In this document: positions 34,821-44,556 of the stretch, piece after piece
How positions within the stretch are numbered: the stretch's first letter is position 1
Layout of the letters: every line of letters begins with the position of its first letter
Source of the DNA: a virus
DNA: 49,837 bases
Reading direction: 5' to 3' (one strand)
UHGV virus genome: UHGV-1368916
Made by a program: the position numbers and the translations under genes
The notes under the pieces: generated by a model
Database searches by the model: none
Told to the model about the DNA's origin: nothing
What the model saw: only the letters and a program-made list of their open reading frames with translations

Positions 34821-35795
34821 ATGACAAGTTTAGCAATTGCAGATCGTACAATCAACGTGCCTTTCTATGGCGATTCTCTTTTTGTAGTTGAGCATAACGG
34901 CGAGGCCTACACGCCGATGAAACCGATTGTTGAGGGGATGGGGCTGGACTGGAAATCTCAGCACAAAAAGATTTCTCAGCGCTTTTACAAAGGTATGGTG
35001 GAAATCACCATACCCTCAGTTGGTGGTATTCAGTCAATGATTTGCCTCGCCCTGCGCAAGCTGGCAGCCTGGCTGAACAGCATCAGTCCCAACAAAGTCC
35101 GTCCTGAAATTCGCGATAACGTCATTCGCTACCAGGAAGAGTGCGACGATGTTCTTTACGAGTACTGGACGAAAGGCGAGGTTAAGAACCCACGTAAGGC
35201 TAAAAAGTCACTCCCCGGTAAAATCACTTCAGAGCAACAGGAAGCAATTAAGCAACTGGTAATGACTCGCGGAAAGGCGCTGCCGAAAGAGAATCAGGCC
35301 AAAGCGATGATTACCATGTGGTCTTCACTGAAATCTCACTTTGGTTGCAGTTATAAAGAAATCAACGACGACCAGTTTACCGAGGCGCTTTCTATCGCTG
35401 CGCGTGTGCCTCTTGAGGGTGAATTCCTTGGCAAGCAGGAAACGCTACCAGCACCTAAGTTTGACGTAAACATTCCGCTTCAATGGTGGATCGATAACAA
35501 CCCGTTGGTTCGCAGTGGCAACCTCTCATTTGGCAGGGGCTGCACTGCTCCTGCACTGGATGTGACGATGGATATGCTTTGCGGCGATAACTCGACCTCT
35601 GCGGCCATTCGCCTGATTAACGTTCTGGAGGAGGCTGGCTTTGACGTATCAGCGCCGAAGGCCGAAATTGTAGCGATGCGCAAACATCTGGGTAATGTCG
35701 AGTACGGCATGAAGGCTATCGCAGACGCTTGCCGCCGGGCGGGGAATAAAACCATCTCGTTCCGTGGCGGAAAGGCTGAATACGTAATTGGTTAG
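34821..35795 (+). CDS. ant: Antirepressor (AntA/Bro-N N-terminal domain plus KilA-C-type C-terminus)
   Basis: The sequence INVPFYGDSLFVVEHNGEAYTPMKPIVEGMGLDWKSQHKKI is an AntA/Bro-N motif. Confidence 0.7.
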   Translation: MTSLAIADRTINVPFYGDSLFVVEHNGEAYTPMKPIVEGMGLDWKSQHKKISQRFYKGMVEITIPSVGGIQSMICLALRKLAAWLNSISPNKVRPEIRDNVIRYQEECDDVLYEYWTKGEVKNPRKAKKSLPGKITSEQQEAIKQLVMTRGKALPKENQAKAMITMWSSLKSHFGCSYKEINDDQFTEALSIAARVPLEGEFLGKQETLPAPKFDVNIPLQWWIDNNPLVRSGNLSFGRGCTAPALDVTMDMLCGDNSTSAAIRLINVLEEAGFDVSAPKAEIVAMRKHLGNVEYGMKAIADACRRAGNKTISFRGGKAEYVIG

Positions 35796-35798
35796 GGG

Positions 35799-35845
35799 CC
35801 TACAAAAAATTGTAGGTCAAACGGGTTACAAAAATCTTGTAACCC
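35799..35845. promoter_or_regulatory. Two adjacent 18-23 bp AT-rich palindromes (CCTACAAAAAATTGTAGG and GGGTTACAAAAATCTTGTAACCC). They may be a regulator binding-site pair.
   Basis: Seen directly between ant and the tape measure gene. Neither is followed by a T run. Confidence 0.3.
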
Positions 35846-35854
35846 ATGACGCAA

Positions 35855-35878
35855 ACCTCGCTTCGGCGGGGTTTTTTA
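35855..35878 (+). terminator. Terminator (CCTCGC ttcg GCGGGG plus T6)
   Basis: Seen directly. Confidence 0.5.
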
Positions 35879-35893
35879 TTGCCCGGGGGATGC

Positions 35894-38464
35894 ATGGCTG
35901 AAGGTGAAAAGGTTGGTGGAATTTATATAGAGATTGAAGCGGAAACTGCTAAATTGCTTACTGGTCAGCAGCAGGCAAACAAAGCTTTAGATAGCATCGG
36001 TGATCATGCACAAAAAACAGCAGGCCAGTTAAATAAACTTGATACTCAGGTCAGCGCCACCGCTAAGGGCGTATCTTCAGGTTTTAGATCCAGTGTTCAG
36101 CAAGCTGGTTACCAACTTCAAGACTTCATTGTTCAGGTGCAGGGCGGGCAGTCAGCGCTTGTTGCTTTTAGTCAGCAAGGGTCGCAGCTAGCTGGGGCAT
36201 TCGGGCCGGGCGGTGCTATCGTCGGGGCGCTAATCGCGCTTGGAACTGTTGTTGCAGGGACTTTAATTTCCTCTCTTAATGGTGGGAAAAGCGCAATGGA
36301 TGCGCTTAAAGATGCTGCCGAGAGAATGAATGATGTTATCTCTGTTTCCTCTCAGGGTATCGCTGCACTATCTGACAAATACGCAAACCTTGCCAGGGTC
36401 AATGTCACGGCAGCAACACTGCTGAGAAACCAGGCTCTAATTGAATACAATCAGGCAATTTCAAAGATACCCAAAGCGATAGGTGATGCAGCTGACTCTG
36501 TTCTCTCATTTGGCGACAAAGCCATATCGGCATTAGGTGGCGGATATGCATCGGTTGAGGGATTTAATGATCGCCTTAAATCGCTGAATATAACTACTGA
36601 TGATTACAGTTCGGCAATGAAGCAAGCGTATGGCGCCGGAATGAATTTCCGAGCAACGGCTGACACTATTGGCAATACTGTCGGTGCCGTAGCCTCTAAG
36701 TTGGGGATATCAGAAGAGGCGGCATTTGGTCTTACTAAGCAACTCGCAGACCTTAGTGACAACCCGTCTCCGCAGGCATTGCAAACACTTGTTTTGAGAA
36801 TTAATGAAATCATCAACTCCTCAAAAAATGCAAAGCCAGAGTTGATTGAGCTATACAATAAACTCGCAGATTTGTCTACCGGCGCATCAAATGCCGCCGT
36901 TAATTTTGAGATACTGAAAAAATCAACAGATAACCTGACCTCTGGGCAAAAAAGTTTAATTCAACAGTCCGAAAGGAACCTAGCGCTATCTAAACTACAA
37001 GGTGCCGCAAGGGCAAGATTAGCGGCTCAATTTGCGGCTGAGGACGCGGGATTCTCTAAAGACGATCCGCACACTAAGCGAATGATGGATGATGCCGCTG
37101 CAACCTTTACCAATCTGGACTCGCAGAAGAAACTGAAAGCGGAGCAGAAGAAAGGCGAGAGTCAGGCAGAGAGAAATGCAAAAGTTGTTGAAGAGTACAG
37201 CCAGAAAGCGAAATTGGCCGCCGATTCGACAAGCGAACTCTCGCGCGAGCAGGCGATACTGGCAGCTAAACAGAAGTTAACGAACGCCACACCACAACAG
37301 GTTGCTCAAGTTGAACGTGATGCAGCGGCTGCATGGGATACGGCGAACGCCCTTAAAGCCCAGGCTGCTGCACAAAAACTCCTCCCTGAAACAAGAGAGA
37401 ACGCCTCTTATCAACAGGATATGAAGGATTTGAAAACTGCGCTCGATGGGAAGAGGATTACCCAGCAGCAGTACAATCAGACCAGCGAACAACTGGAGCA
37501 ACAACACCAGGCTAATCTGGCTAAGATACGCGCTCAGCAAAATGTAAGCCCCATGCAGGAAGCTCAGGGGCAGATTGACCCGGTGCAGCAGCTGGCCAAC
37601 CAGCACGCGCAGGAGTTGGCGTTGATTCAGCAGTTTGAGCAGCAAGGAGTTCTCGCCCATGAGAATGCATTAGCGCTGAAAAATGCCGCTGACCGGCAGT
37701 ATGAGCAGCAGCGGATCGCAGCTCAATGGGAAATCCTCAGCCAGCAGAGCCTCGGTTATAACATGCTGACGAGTGCGGTGGACGCCTTTAGCGGGAATGC
37801 CTCCAATGCAATCACCGGCCTGCTAACCGGCACAATGTCAGCACAGGAGGCGATGCGGTCGCTCGGTAACACCATCCTGAACAGCGTGATCAACAGCATT
37901 GTCCAGGTTGGCGTCGAAGCGCTGAAAAACTACATTCTCGGTCAGACGCTCGGCGCGGCATCGGTGGCGACCTCAGTCGGACTGGCGGCAACTACCGCAT
38001 CGGCCTGGGCTCCGGCGGCCGCGATGGCATCGCTCGCCTCGTTCGGTGCTAACGCTGGCCCGGCTGCTGCTGGTATCAGTTCGACAGTTGGGCTTGCCAG
38101 CGGGCTTGCGCTTGCCGGCGCCCGCTACAACGGCGGCCCGGTCTCAGCCGGCGGCCTGTATCAGGTCGGCGAGAAAGGTAAACCAGAGATCTACCAGGCC
38201 AGCACCGGCAAGCAGTACATGATCCCCGGCGATAACGGGAAGGTCATCAGCAATAAGGACATGCAGTCAGGAGGAGGGATCAGCGTGCAGGTGAACGTCA
38301 TCAACCAGTCTACCGGTGCCACTGTACAGAGTGCCGATGGCTACATGCAGGACGGTAGCGCTGTGGTGGACTTGCTGATCACCGATATGGAAAGAGGTGG
38401 CCCGGTATCATCTCAGATGCAGCAGACATTTGGCCTGAATCGTAAAGCATCGGGTGCTTATTGA
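35894..38464 (+). CDS. Tail tape measure protein
   Basis: An 856-aa protein that is alpha-helical and Ala/Gln-rich. It has a Gly/Ala-rich hydrophobic segment near the C-terminus (GLAATTASAWAPAAAMASLASFGANAGPAAAGISSTVGLASGLALAG). The ATG at 35894 follows the terminator. The ORF-track start at 35846 lies inside the terminator. Confidence 0.85.
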   Translation: MAEGEKVGGIYIEIEAETAKLLTGQQQANKALDSIGDHAQKTAGQLNKLDTQVSATAKGVSSGFRSSVQQAGYQLQDFIVQVQGGQSALVAFSQQGSQLAGAFGPGGAIVGALIALGTVVAGTLISSLNGGKSAMDALKDAAERMNDVISVSSQGIAALSDKYANLARVNVTAATLLRNQALIEYNQAISKIPKAIGDAADSVLSFGDKAISALGGGYASVEGFNDRLKSLNITTDDYSSAMKQAYGAGMNFRATADTIGNTVGAVASKLGISEEAAFGLTKQLADLSDNPSPQALQTLVLRINEIINSSKNAKPELIELYNKLADLSTGASNAAVNFEILKKSTDNLTSGQKSLIQQSERNLALSKLQGAARARLAAQFAAEDAGFSKDDPHTKRMMDDAAATFTNLDSQKKLKAEQKKGESQAERNAKVVEEYSQKAKLAADSTSELSREQAILAAKQKLTNATPQQVAQVERDAAAAWDTANALKAQAAAQKLLPETRENASYQQDMKDLKTALDGKRITQQQYNQTSEQLEQQHQANLAKIRAQQNVSPMQEAQGQIDPVQQLANQHAQELALIQQFEQQGVLAHENALALKNAADRQYEQQRIAAQWEILSQQSLGYNMLTSAVDAFSGNASNAITGLLTGTMSAQEAMRSLGNTILNSVINSIVQVGVEALKNYILGQTLGAASVATSVGLAATTASAWAPAAAMASLASFGANAGPAAAGISSTVGLASGLALAGARYNGGPVSAGGLYQVGEKGKPEIYQASTGKQYMIPGDNGKVISNKDMQSGGGISVQVNVINQSTGATVQSADGYMQDGSAVVDLLITDMERGGPVSSQMQQTFGLNRKASGAY

Positions 38465-38520
38465 TATTATTCAAAACCCACTATCCTCGTCATCTTCCTT
38501 CACTAGATTTATGCAGATTG

Positions 38521-38763
38521 ATGATTAGTTTTGATGATTTTATAACCCCAAGAATTCTTTCATGGCTTTATGGGCTGACATTGGTTGGTTTTTTCTTCGT
38601 GGCAATTTTAGCTGCGTTAGGTGGTGATTATGCGAAAACCATCATAATGTTACTTATGGCTTTATTCAGCCGGATATTCTTTGAGGGTCTGATGGTGGTC
38701 TTCAAGAATAATGAGTACCTAAGGCGCATTGCTGAGGCTCTTGAAAAGCAGCAACAAAAATAA
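38521..38763 (+). CDS. Small AT-rich two-TM membrane protein (80 aa), with its own terminator
   Basis: The product MISFDDFITPRILSWLYGLTLVGFFFVAILAALGG...IIMLLMALFSRIFFEGLMVVF has two TM segments. It is inserted between the tape measure and tail-tip genes. Confidence 0.5.
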   Translation: MISFDDFITPRILSWLYGLTLVGFFFVAILAALGGDYAKTIIMLLMALFSRIFFEGLMVVFKNNEYLRRIAEALEKQQQK

Positions 38764-38767
38764 CTAT

Positions 38768-38790
38768 ACCCGCTCCGGCGGGTTTTTTTA
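38768..38790 (+). terminator. Terminator (CCCGC tccg GCGGG plus T7)
   Basis: Seen directly. Confidence 0.6.
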
Positions 38791-38804
38791 TGCCCGGAGG
38801 AAAC

Positions 38805-39281
38805 GTGGCAACAGTTCAATACCCTCCGTTCCTGCCGCTTCCCCAGCGCGCCGATCAGAACATGACGCAGGATACAGCCTGGCAGACGACGCAAACGGCG
38901 GTCGGCCCCCTGATAATCACGCCGATCACTACGGACCTGAAAGCAACCTGGACGTTGCAGTGGATTTTCACACTGGCCCAGGCTGAGCGATTTAAGTCGT
39001 GGCTGCGCTCGCCGACATACTGCGACCGCGGGCGTAACTGGTTCCAGATGCCGATCGACCTGGGTGATACGCAGGGCGTGCAGCAGCAGACGCTGCATTT
39101 CGTCGATATGCCGGTGCAGACCAGCAAAAACGGCAACATTGTCACCTGGACCGCAACGGTCATCAGCAACGGTATCGAGGACATTACTGAGGACTACGAT
39201 GACTGGATTGTTGAGGCCCAGCCCGGCTACGGATACTGGCTGGATTACCTGATCACCGAAGTTATGCCGAGGGCTGACTGA
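38805..39281 (+). CDS. Putative minor tail protein (158 aa)
   Basis: The RBS CGGAGGAAAC precedes a GTG at 38805. It is the first gene of the tail-tip block. Confidence 0.4.
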   Translation: MATVQYPPFLPLPQRADQNMTQDTAWQTTQTAVGPLIITPITTDLKATWTLQWIFTLAQAERFKSWLRSPTYCDRGRNWFQMPIDLGDTQGVQQQTLHFVDMPVQTSKNGNIVTWTATVISNGIEDITEDYDDWIVEAQPGYGYWLDYLITEVMPRAD

Positions 39282-39751
39282 TGCCGACATTGAGAGAGTG
39301 GAAGGAGCGCCGGCCGGCGAGCGACATCAAACAGACGGTGGAGTTTTATCACCCTGCGTTTGGTTATTACCGGGTGGTCAATAACCTGTTCCGCCCGGCG
39401 ACGTTCGGCGGAAACTCCTTCGAGCCAGCGCGGTTCAGTGTGACCGAGCCGGCACAGGATGGAACTGCGGTCATATCCATGACGATCACCTTTGTCGCCG
39501 CGACGGAGCATGTCCGGCAGACACTGAAAAGCTGGCGCGGGGCGGCGCGGATGACGCCGATCCAGTGCCTTTACCAGCAGTGGGACGATATCGGTGATTC
39601 AGCATCAATGAAAGACTGGACGCTGTTCGTAAGCGATATATCCGCCGACGCCAATAACGTGACGGTCAACGCCGGATTCACCAATCCTCTGACGCTGGCC
39701 AACCCCATCATTTACACAACCGAACTCTATCCCGGACTGAAAACATCATGA
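39281..39751 (+). CDS. Minor tail protein (DUF1833-like, 156 aa)
   Basis: Its position and size fit this role. It is coupled to its neighbours. Confidence 0.45.
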   Translation: MPTLREWKERRPASDIKQTVEFYHPAFGYYRVVNNLFRPATFGGNSFEPARFSVTEPAQDGTAVISMTITFVAATEHVRQTLKSWRGAARMTPIQCLYQQWDDIGDSASMKDWTLFVSDISADANNVTVNAGFTNPLTLANPIIYTTELYPGLKTS

Positions 39752-40143
39752 CACAAGACGAATTTATCCGGCTTGTTAACGGCAAGCCGTGGGCTAACCG
39801 CGCCTGCAGTTTTGACGAGATGGATTGCTGGGCGCTGGTTGTCCTGTATTACCGGCATGTTCTGGGGCTTGAGCTGCACCATGTGCCGGGCTACGAATCC
39901 GGGTCTGACTTCATTACCTGCCATGAGCAGGAAGTGGAGCACTGGCGACCGGTACCGGCGGCGGTAACGGGATGCATTGCTGTTTTCTACCGCGGCGAAG
40001 TCCCGGCGCATATCGGCGTAATGACGAGCCCGGTTAAGTGCCTGCACGCCCGGGGGGAGTTCGGTTTCGTGCGCAGCGACAATCCGCTGGCGCTTCTTAA
40101 AGTCTACAGCCGCGTGGAGTACATGGTGCATGGTTCGATATGA
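39748..40143 (+). CDS. NlpC/P60-family tail-associated peptidase
   Basis: A catalytic Cys lies in FDEMDCWALVVLYY. His residues lie in PAHIGVM and CLHARGEFGF. Confidence 0.6.
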   Translation: MTQDEFIRLVNGKPWANRACSFDEMDCWALVVLYYRHVLGLELHHVPGYESGSDFITCHEQEVEHWRPVPAAVTGCIAVFYRGEVPAHIGVMTSPVKCLHARGEFGFVRSDNPLALLKVYSRVEYMVHGSI

Positions 40144-42604
40144 ATTGCAGCGCCTGCCTGGCGCACCGAAGCAACGCGGCACCATTGAGGCCGGGACGCC
40201 CCTGATTGAGCTTCTCGACTCACTGAAGCTGCATAACGATGTTGTGATTAAGCTCAACGGCAGAGAGCTTACTGACGACTTCGATATAGCTTATCCGCTG
40301 CGTAAAAATGATGTGGTCCTGGTGTTCGACCAGCCAGAGGGTGGGGTAGGGAAATTAATCAGCACCATACTGCGACCAGTCACGAAAATCCTTTCTGGCG
40401 CGATGAAATTGCTTGGGCTTGCGCCAAAATCAGGCAGTATTTCTGTTGCCACCGGAGATTCGCCCAACAACGATGTAACCCAGCAAACCAATCGGGCAAG
40501 ACTTTATAAAGGTCGTCCGAATATTTATGGGCAGGTGCGCTCTTATCCTGATCTCATACAGGAATCGATGTTTGAATACATCAATAACAACAAAATGGTG
40601 ACGGAATGGATGGAGATTGGCTACGGCCATTACAATATTTCATCAGTTCGTTACTCTGAATCCTCGCTGGTTGCTCTGGCTGGCGCCACTTATCAGATAT
40701 TTCAGCCTGGAGAAGTTATAGGGGAAATCATCCAGGGTTACGCGTTCGATGACGTTGACGGCCAGGAATTGCCAGGCACTAACGAGCAGACAACGGATAT
40801 TACTAATCAGGCAACAACTAATTCACTATTAACGGGTGCATTTGCTGGTGGTCAGTTCTACGCGAAAATAGCCAAAGCCAACGATTTTGATGTTTTCTAC
40901 GACACCCCCAAACCATTTGCAGTAACCGTTACTGTTAACGTCACATATAACACCGCGAGTGGATCTGTCACGAAAGACATTAATGTTACCGCCAATCTGT
41001 TTCGGTCTGAAATTTCAGACGATGGAGCTCTACTTGATCCACTGGAATACTACGAATTCTGGTTTAGCGGTCTGGGTGGGGCTGATTTTGCGGCTCTTCC
41101 CGCTGATGCTGTAGTGAACGGCACGCTTTTCACCATAACGCAGTACGGCACGATTGCTGTAGGTCCTTTCTTTGCCGCGCTGGAAGGAGATCAGTTGTGG
41201 ATTCACTTGTACGCAAACGAAAACGGTGGGTATGACGGTCCGGCAAGATTAACCTGGTGGAAAGTTGATGAGGACAACGACCAGATCCCGGGTACAGAAG
41301 AGAGTATGGATGTGAACGTCCATAACGATGGCCCCAACCAGGATTACATCTATCGGACCTATAAAATCACTCCAGCAGCCGGGTTCGGGCGTTACGCCTT
41401 TAAGGGGGAGAGAACGAATAACAGCGCCAGCGATTCAGTCCTGCACCTGTCTGGCGCTCACTCTGTTACTGTTCGTAAGAACGTTGTTTATCCTGATGAT
41501 ACGATTGTTCGCGTGACAGTCCGTCAGACAGAAACACAGACTGTTGCATCCGAACGTAAATACAACTGCCTGGCGCAGCGGAAAGTCATTTCGTGGTCAC
41601 CGTCTAGCGGCATTGACTACACATTGCGTGCCAGTCGGTCATTTGCTGATGCCGTTCTGCATGAGTGGGTAATGACTGGAAAGCAGGACCCCGCGCGGTT
41701 GGATTTGCCGTCGCTCTACGCCATTAAAGACACCCTGCCTGATGTACAGCTTGGATATTTTGACTGGACCTTCTCCGATGCAACCCAGCCGCTAGGTGAG
41801 CGTATACAGACCATCTGTAACGTAGCCCGCGTGAGTTTCAACTGGATCGGTGATGTTCTGACGTTCTGGCGTGATGAAAGGGTTGCTAACCCTGATGCAG
41901 TTTTCGCCCGATCAAACATGTTCTGGGATGAATACAAGTTGTCATGGAAAATGTCTTTACCTGGTGGGTATGACGGCGTCACGCTTGATTACGTTGACCC
42001 CTCAACTAACAAAAAGACCTACATCTATCTGAGCGTTGGCAGCGGCGGGATTAATGAAGTAGCTGATGCAACGGTAAATGCAATGCAGGTGAGTTTGTCC
42101 GGCTGCCGCAACAGGACTCAGGCGGTTGATCGGGCATGGCTAGAGGCGCGCAAAATCCTCTACTCACGTCTCACAATGACAGTCAAAGTACTGGAATCGA
42201 CGCAGGTGGTTCGCGGTACGGTTGTGCAGTGTCCTGACCTGTACGACAACAAGCAGCAGAACGGCTATATCACAGGGCGCTCCGGGGATGTGTTCTCGAC
42301 CTCTGAGCGTATCGACTTCTCATTCGGGGATATGTGGGTGGTGATGACCGACAGTCTCGGCAATTACCGCGGTCGCTGGCGAGCCTATCCGGTAAGCGGC
42401 AAGCCCAAAGCATTCCAGGCTGCAGCCGATACCTTCGATCTGAACATTTATGACCGCGAAAATGTGCAAAACCCCAGCCGGTATTTCATCGCTACCGACT
42501 CGGAACTCAACTCCACAATCTGGCGCGTCGATAGCGCCAAGCCTAACGGTGACGATACTCAAACGCTATCCCTGACTGAGTATTCAGACTCGATTTATCC
42601 GTAA
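40130..42604 (+). CDS. Tail tip / host-specificity protein (gpJ-like central fibre), 824 aa
   Basis: Size and position support the call. Confidence 0.65.
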   Translation: MVRYELQRLPGAPKQRGTIEAGTPLIELLDSLKLHNDVVIKLNGRELTDDFDIAYPLRKNDVVLVFDQPEGGVGKLISTILRPVTKILSGAMKLLGLAPKSGSISVATGDSPNNDVTQQTNRARLYKGRPNIYGQVRSYPDLIQESMFEYINNNKMVTEWMEIGYGHYNISSVRYSESSLVALAGATYQIFQPGEVIGEIIQGYAFDDVDGQELPGTNEQTTDITNQATTNSLLTGAFAGGQFYAKIAKANDFDVFYDTPKPFAVTVTVNVTYNTASGSVTKDINVTANLFRSEISDDGALLDPLEYYEFWFSGLGGADFAALPADAVVNGTLFTITQYGTIAVGPFFAALEGDQLWIHLYANENGGYDGPARLTWWKVDEDNDQIPGTEESMDVNVHNDGPNQDYIYRTYKITPAAGFGRYAFKGERTNNSASDSVLHLSGAHSVTVRKNVVYPDDTIVRVTVRQTETQTVASERKYNCLAQRKVISWSPSSGIDYTLRASRSFADAVLHEWVMTGKQDPARLDLPSLYAIKDTLPDVQLGYFDWTFSDATQPLGERIQTICNVARVSFNWIGDVLTFWRDERVANPDAVFARSNMFWDEYKLSWKMSLPGGYDGVTLDYVDPSTNKKTYIYLSVGSGGINEVADATVNAMQVSLSGCRNRTQAVDRAWLEARKILYSRLTMTVKVLESTQVVRGTVVQCPDLYDNKQQNGYITGRSGDVFSTSERIDFSFGDMWVVMTDSLGNYRGRWRAYPVSGKPKAFQAAADTFDLNIYDRENVQNPSRYFIATDSELNSTIWRVDSAKPNGDDTQTLSLTEYSDSIYP

Positions 42605-42690
42605 CACACAGCGGTAATTACCAACCTTCGCGCACACCATCAGATTCACTTCTGAGGGCTTCGTGCGCCTTTTATAGGGCGACATGCACA

Positions 42691-44556
42691 ATGGCAGAAG
42701 TACCGTTACCAACTCCAACCGACAACCCGGTGCCCAGTACTGATATCCGGGACGCAGTTTATGCTGGCGCCATGCTGGATAAGGTTGTCACCAGTACCGA
42801 ACCGACATACATCGATCGTCTCGGCGGCGAGCACTACACCGTAGACGGAATGAAGGCGGAAGGGGATAAGGTCGTTGAAGAAACGCGGCAGAATCTGATC
42901 CCTCTCAGCCGGCAGTATATGACCTTGGCAGATGCTCAGGCAGACATTGCTAATATTCCTGAGGGTAGCACCACTTATGTTCGAAGCTCAGACGATAGTG
43001 CCCTCGCGTTCGAGGTCATGAACGTTGGCGGAACGCTGCAGCCTACCGGACGTCAGATGCCCTCAACGTGGATATTTGCAGGGGTAAGATTTCTTAGTGG
43101 ATACGGAGATGAAAAATTCGTAATCATAGGCACTGATTATCAGGTCCTTGAATACGGCAATGATAGCGACAGAATGCGCGATGCTGGGGCAGATATCAAA
43201 TATGGTTACGGTATCCCAGGCAAGCCATTATCTGTAATGGGAAGCGATAACCAGATGGCGTCTTTTTTAACTACTGATTCTTTAGAAGATGCCGGATGTT
43301 CTATTTTAAAGGGCTACTCATCTTCGCCATTCGCTATTCTCGGAAGCGACGATCAATTGCTACTGCCAGGGGGCGGTGGCTCCCAGGCGGCATCAAGTTT
43401 GCCAGAGACTGGTCTTCTTGATTACATGATCGCGATGCAAGAGAGGGCATATACAGGAGGATACCTCACTATTTTTTGTCAGGGTGACTCTCTCACTGCA
43501 GGCACGGGGGGGTTGGGTGCCATTGACGCTATGTACAGCCTTTTTGCAGCAAATCTTGGGCATGGGGGTATCGGTTATTTTGCACCGTCAAACGATAACA
43601 CAGCTTCCCGAGACTTGCTGAATATGGAGCTGGTCTATACGGGGTGGGTCGATAACCAGACCTACGGGAAAAAATGCGCACCATTGAGTTTTGCTCTTGT
43701 TCCGTGGGCAGGTCGCACTAATTTATTTTTCCGGGTAAAAGATGCGTCCCGCAGCAACCCAGTTTACCAGCACGATGTTGTCGAGGTCGGTTTTACTGGT
43801 ACCGGAGACGCCGGAACATCTAGTCAGTTCCGGTTCCGTGCAACCGACAGGAATGACGACGGCTCTACCGGCCCGGCGGGTTCCGGGGAATGGCAAACAG
43901 CCACAATACCGAATAACCCTGAGGGTAGCGAGACGATAACAATCGTCAGGGTGGAGGGCCTGGGGCCGAACTCAGGTCGATTCGCCCTGGAAATTGAACC
44001 TCCCGCATCTGGTCAGGCAGGTTATCCTGCGCTGATAAGCTTCAACTGCATCAACTCTGCTGGCGGTGTGCGGGTTATCAGGTACGCAAGAGGCGGTGCA
44101 ACATTTCAGTATTTCATGAATCAGACAGCGTCTTATCAGCAATACTGGATACAATATTTTCAGCCGGATGTCGCGTTTATTAATCTCGGTGAGAATGATT
44201 ACGCGCTGTCAGATACAGATTTTATGGCCGGTTACAGCGCCATTGTTGAGCGGGTGCAGGATGCTTTGCCGGGTGTGCCTGTGTTTCTGGAGCGCTGGTA
44301 CAGCGACAACCATATTAAGCGCGACGCGGTCTATGATGTCATTCAGGCTAAATACGGCATGCTGGGGTTTAATGTTCGTGACCTTATCCGCAGCTCTAAC
44401 TACGCATTCCAGAACGGTTATGCCTATTCCACCACCAATCCGGCAGACCCGCACCCCAACGCACGCGGAGCCAGAATTATTGGCGCGTATCAGGCGAAAC
44501 GCGCACTCCTGAACTACGCCGTACAATCTCTCAGAAAGGAACAACAAAATGGCTAA
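42691..44556 (+). CDS. Tail fibre / tailspike with a C-terminal SGNH/GDSL hydrolase (esterase) domain
   Basis: The N-terminus MAEVPLPTPTDNPVPSTDIRDAVYAGAMLDKV is a conserved phage fibre anchor. The C-terminal third carries GDSL block I (IFCQGDSLTAG), a Gly block (YARGGATFQY), a GxND block (NLGENDYAL) and the DxxH catalytic pair (NPADPHPNARGARIIG). Confidence 0.7.
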   Translation: MAEVPLPTPTDNPVPSTDIRDAVYAGAMLDKVVTSTEPTYIDRLGGEHYTVDGMKAEGDKVVEETRQNLIPLSRQYMTLADAQADIANIPEGSTTYVRSSDDSALAFEVMNVGGTLQPTGRQMPSTWIFAGVRFLSGYGDEKFVIIGTDYQVLEYGNDSDRMRDAGADIKYGYGIPGKPLSVMGSDNQMASFLTTDSLEDAGCSILKGYSSSPFAILGSDDQLLLPGGGGSQAASSLPETGLLDYMIAMQERAYTGGYLTIFCQGDSLTAGTGGLGAIDAMYSLFAANLGHGGIGYFAPSNDNTASRDLLNMELVYTGWVDNQTYGKKCAPLSFALVPWAGRTNLFFRVKDASRSNPVYQHDVVEVGFTGTGDAGTSSQFRFRATDRNDDGSTGPAGSGEWQTATIPNNPEGSETITIVRVEGLGPNSGRFALEIEPPASGQAGYPALISFNCINSAGGVRVIRYARGGATFQYFMNQTASYQQYWIQYFQPDVAFINLGENDYALSDTDFMAGYSAIVERVQDALPGVPVFLERWYSDNHIKRDAVYDVIQAKYGMLGFNVRDLIRSSNYAFQNGYAYSTTNPADPHPNARGARIIGAYQAKRALLNYAVQSLRKEQQNG

